DNA of 64,000 nucleotides from Candidatus Woesearchaeota archaeon. Lineage in GTDB: Archaea > Nanobdellota > Nanobdellia > Woesearchaeales > JAGVYU01. Below, one piece after another: positions 63,649 through 64,000 of the stretch. Each line of letters begins with the position of its first letter. Within the stretch, counting starts at the first letter, position 1. The notes beneath the pieces were generated by a model. The model was not told the origin of the DNA and did no database searches. It was given only the letters and a program-made list of their open reading frames with translations. The stretch covers positions 3,109-67,108 of the forward strand of contig JAGVYU010000061.1 in assembly GCA_018303105.1 (NCBI GenBank). Direction: 5' to 3'. A program made the position numbers and the translations under genes.

Positions 63649-64000
63649 ATGGAAAACGTGCCTCGTCACATTGGCATCATCATGGACGGCAATCGCAGAT
63701 TCGCGAAACGCCTCATGCTCAAACCCTGGAAAGGGCATGAGTGGGGCCCAAAAAAGCTTGCTGAGATCCTGGAATGGTGCAAGGAGTACGATATTCATGA
63801 ACTTACGTTGTACACGTTCTCCGTCCAGAACTTCAACAGGCCGAAAGAAGAGTTTGACTATCTTATGAACCTCTTTCGGGAAGAATTTGACAAACTCAAA
63901 GATGATAAGAGGATTCATGAAGAACAGATTCGCGTGAATGTGATAGGCAGAACATGGATGTTTCCCAAAGATGTGCAGGATAAGATTAAAGAAATCATGG
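63649..64000 (+). CDS. uppS: Undecaprenyl/dehydrodolichyl diphosphate synthase (cis-prenyltransferase). The 3' part lies outside the window.
   Basis: HIGIIMDGNRRFAKR ... GHEWG ... ELTLYTFSVQNFNRP are the UPPS signature blocks. The frame is open to the window end. Confidence 0.85.
   Translation, partial: MENVPRHIGIIMDGNRRFAKRLMLKPWKGHEWGPKKLAEILEWCKEYDIHELTLYTFSVQNFNRPKEEFDYLMNLFREEFDKLKDDKRIHEEQIRVNVIGRTWMFPKDVQDKIKEIM

Noticed and set aside
1-64000. rRNA genes
   Set aside because: No stretch resembles conserved 16S/23S/5S cores, such as the GTGCCAGCAGCCGCGGTAA-type segment. None is called.

Overview
This 64 kb window is an archaeal chromosome segment. The archaeal assignment rests on aIF-1A, ribosomal proteins L37e, L44e, L35Ae and S8e, an Sm-like protein, RNAP subunit L, a PAC2-like protein, an S-layer protein with Methanococcus-type N/C domains, and a class II tRNA-Leu with no encoded CCA. 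Coding density is high, most gene starts sit directly behind AT-rich TATA-like boxes, and GC content is heterogeneous: about 28-35% in two AT-rich blocks and above 50% in the 26-34 kb stretch.

Content falls into four groups:
1. Housekeeping genes.
2. A cell-envelope and glycosylation theme: Gmd plus a DegT aminotransferase; a GT2 enzyme that looks like a dolichyl-phosphate sugar synthase; two tandem TMTC-like GT-C/TPR proteins; an S-layer protein; a 1598-aa secreted protein dense in N-glycosylation sequons; and several lipobox proteins alongside an LspA-hydrolase fusion.
3. Many small toxin-antitoxin-like pairs: two HEPN/MNT pairs, VapBC, a RelE-like orphan, and a DUF4258/DUF2283 pair.
4. Accessory regions, which are the most unusual parts of the window:
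- An AT-rich 3.4 kb cassette (20.1-23.5 kb) carrying an Arch-ATPase/nuclease-like protein and three unknown genes. It lies between the 3' end of the giant gene and a decayed copy of that same 3' end.
- A GC-rich two-gene operon (26.3-30.4 kb). Its 988-aa product carries DEDD-exonuclease-like motifs.
- A pair of paralogous membrane-anchored long coiled-coil proteins (52.2-55.3 kb).
- A likely integrated plasmid or virus-like element (about 57.9-61.9 kb). It has a minimal tyrosine recombinase, inverted repeats, two paralogous coiled-coil/wHTH proteins, and an array of helically phased TGGGAATG iterons.
- Two GC-rich structured-RNA candidates (4.79-5.05 kb and 51.13-51.24 kb).
- A tRNA-Leu locus followed by a decayed tandem duplicate of its 3' end, with a pair of near-identical hairpins.

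No rRNA, no CRISPR array and no cas genes were seen. All functional calls come from motif-level reading of the translations. No database search could be run.
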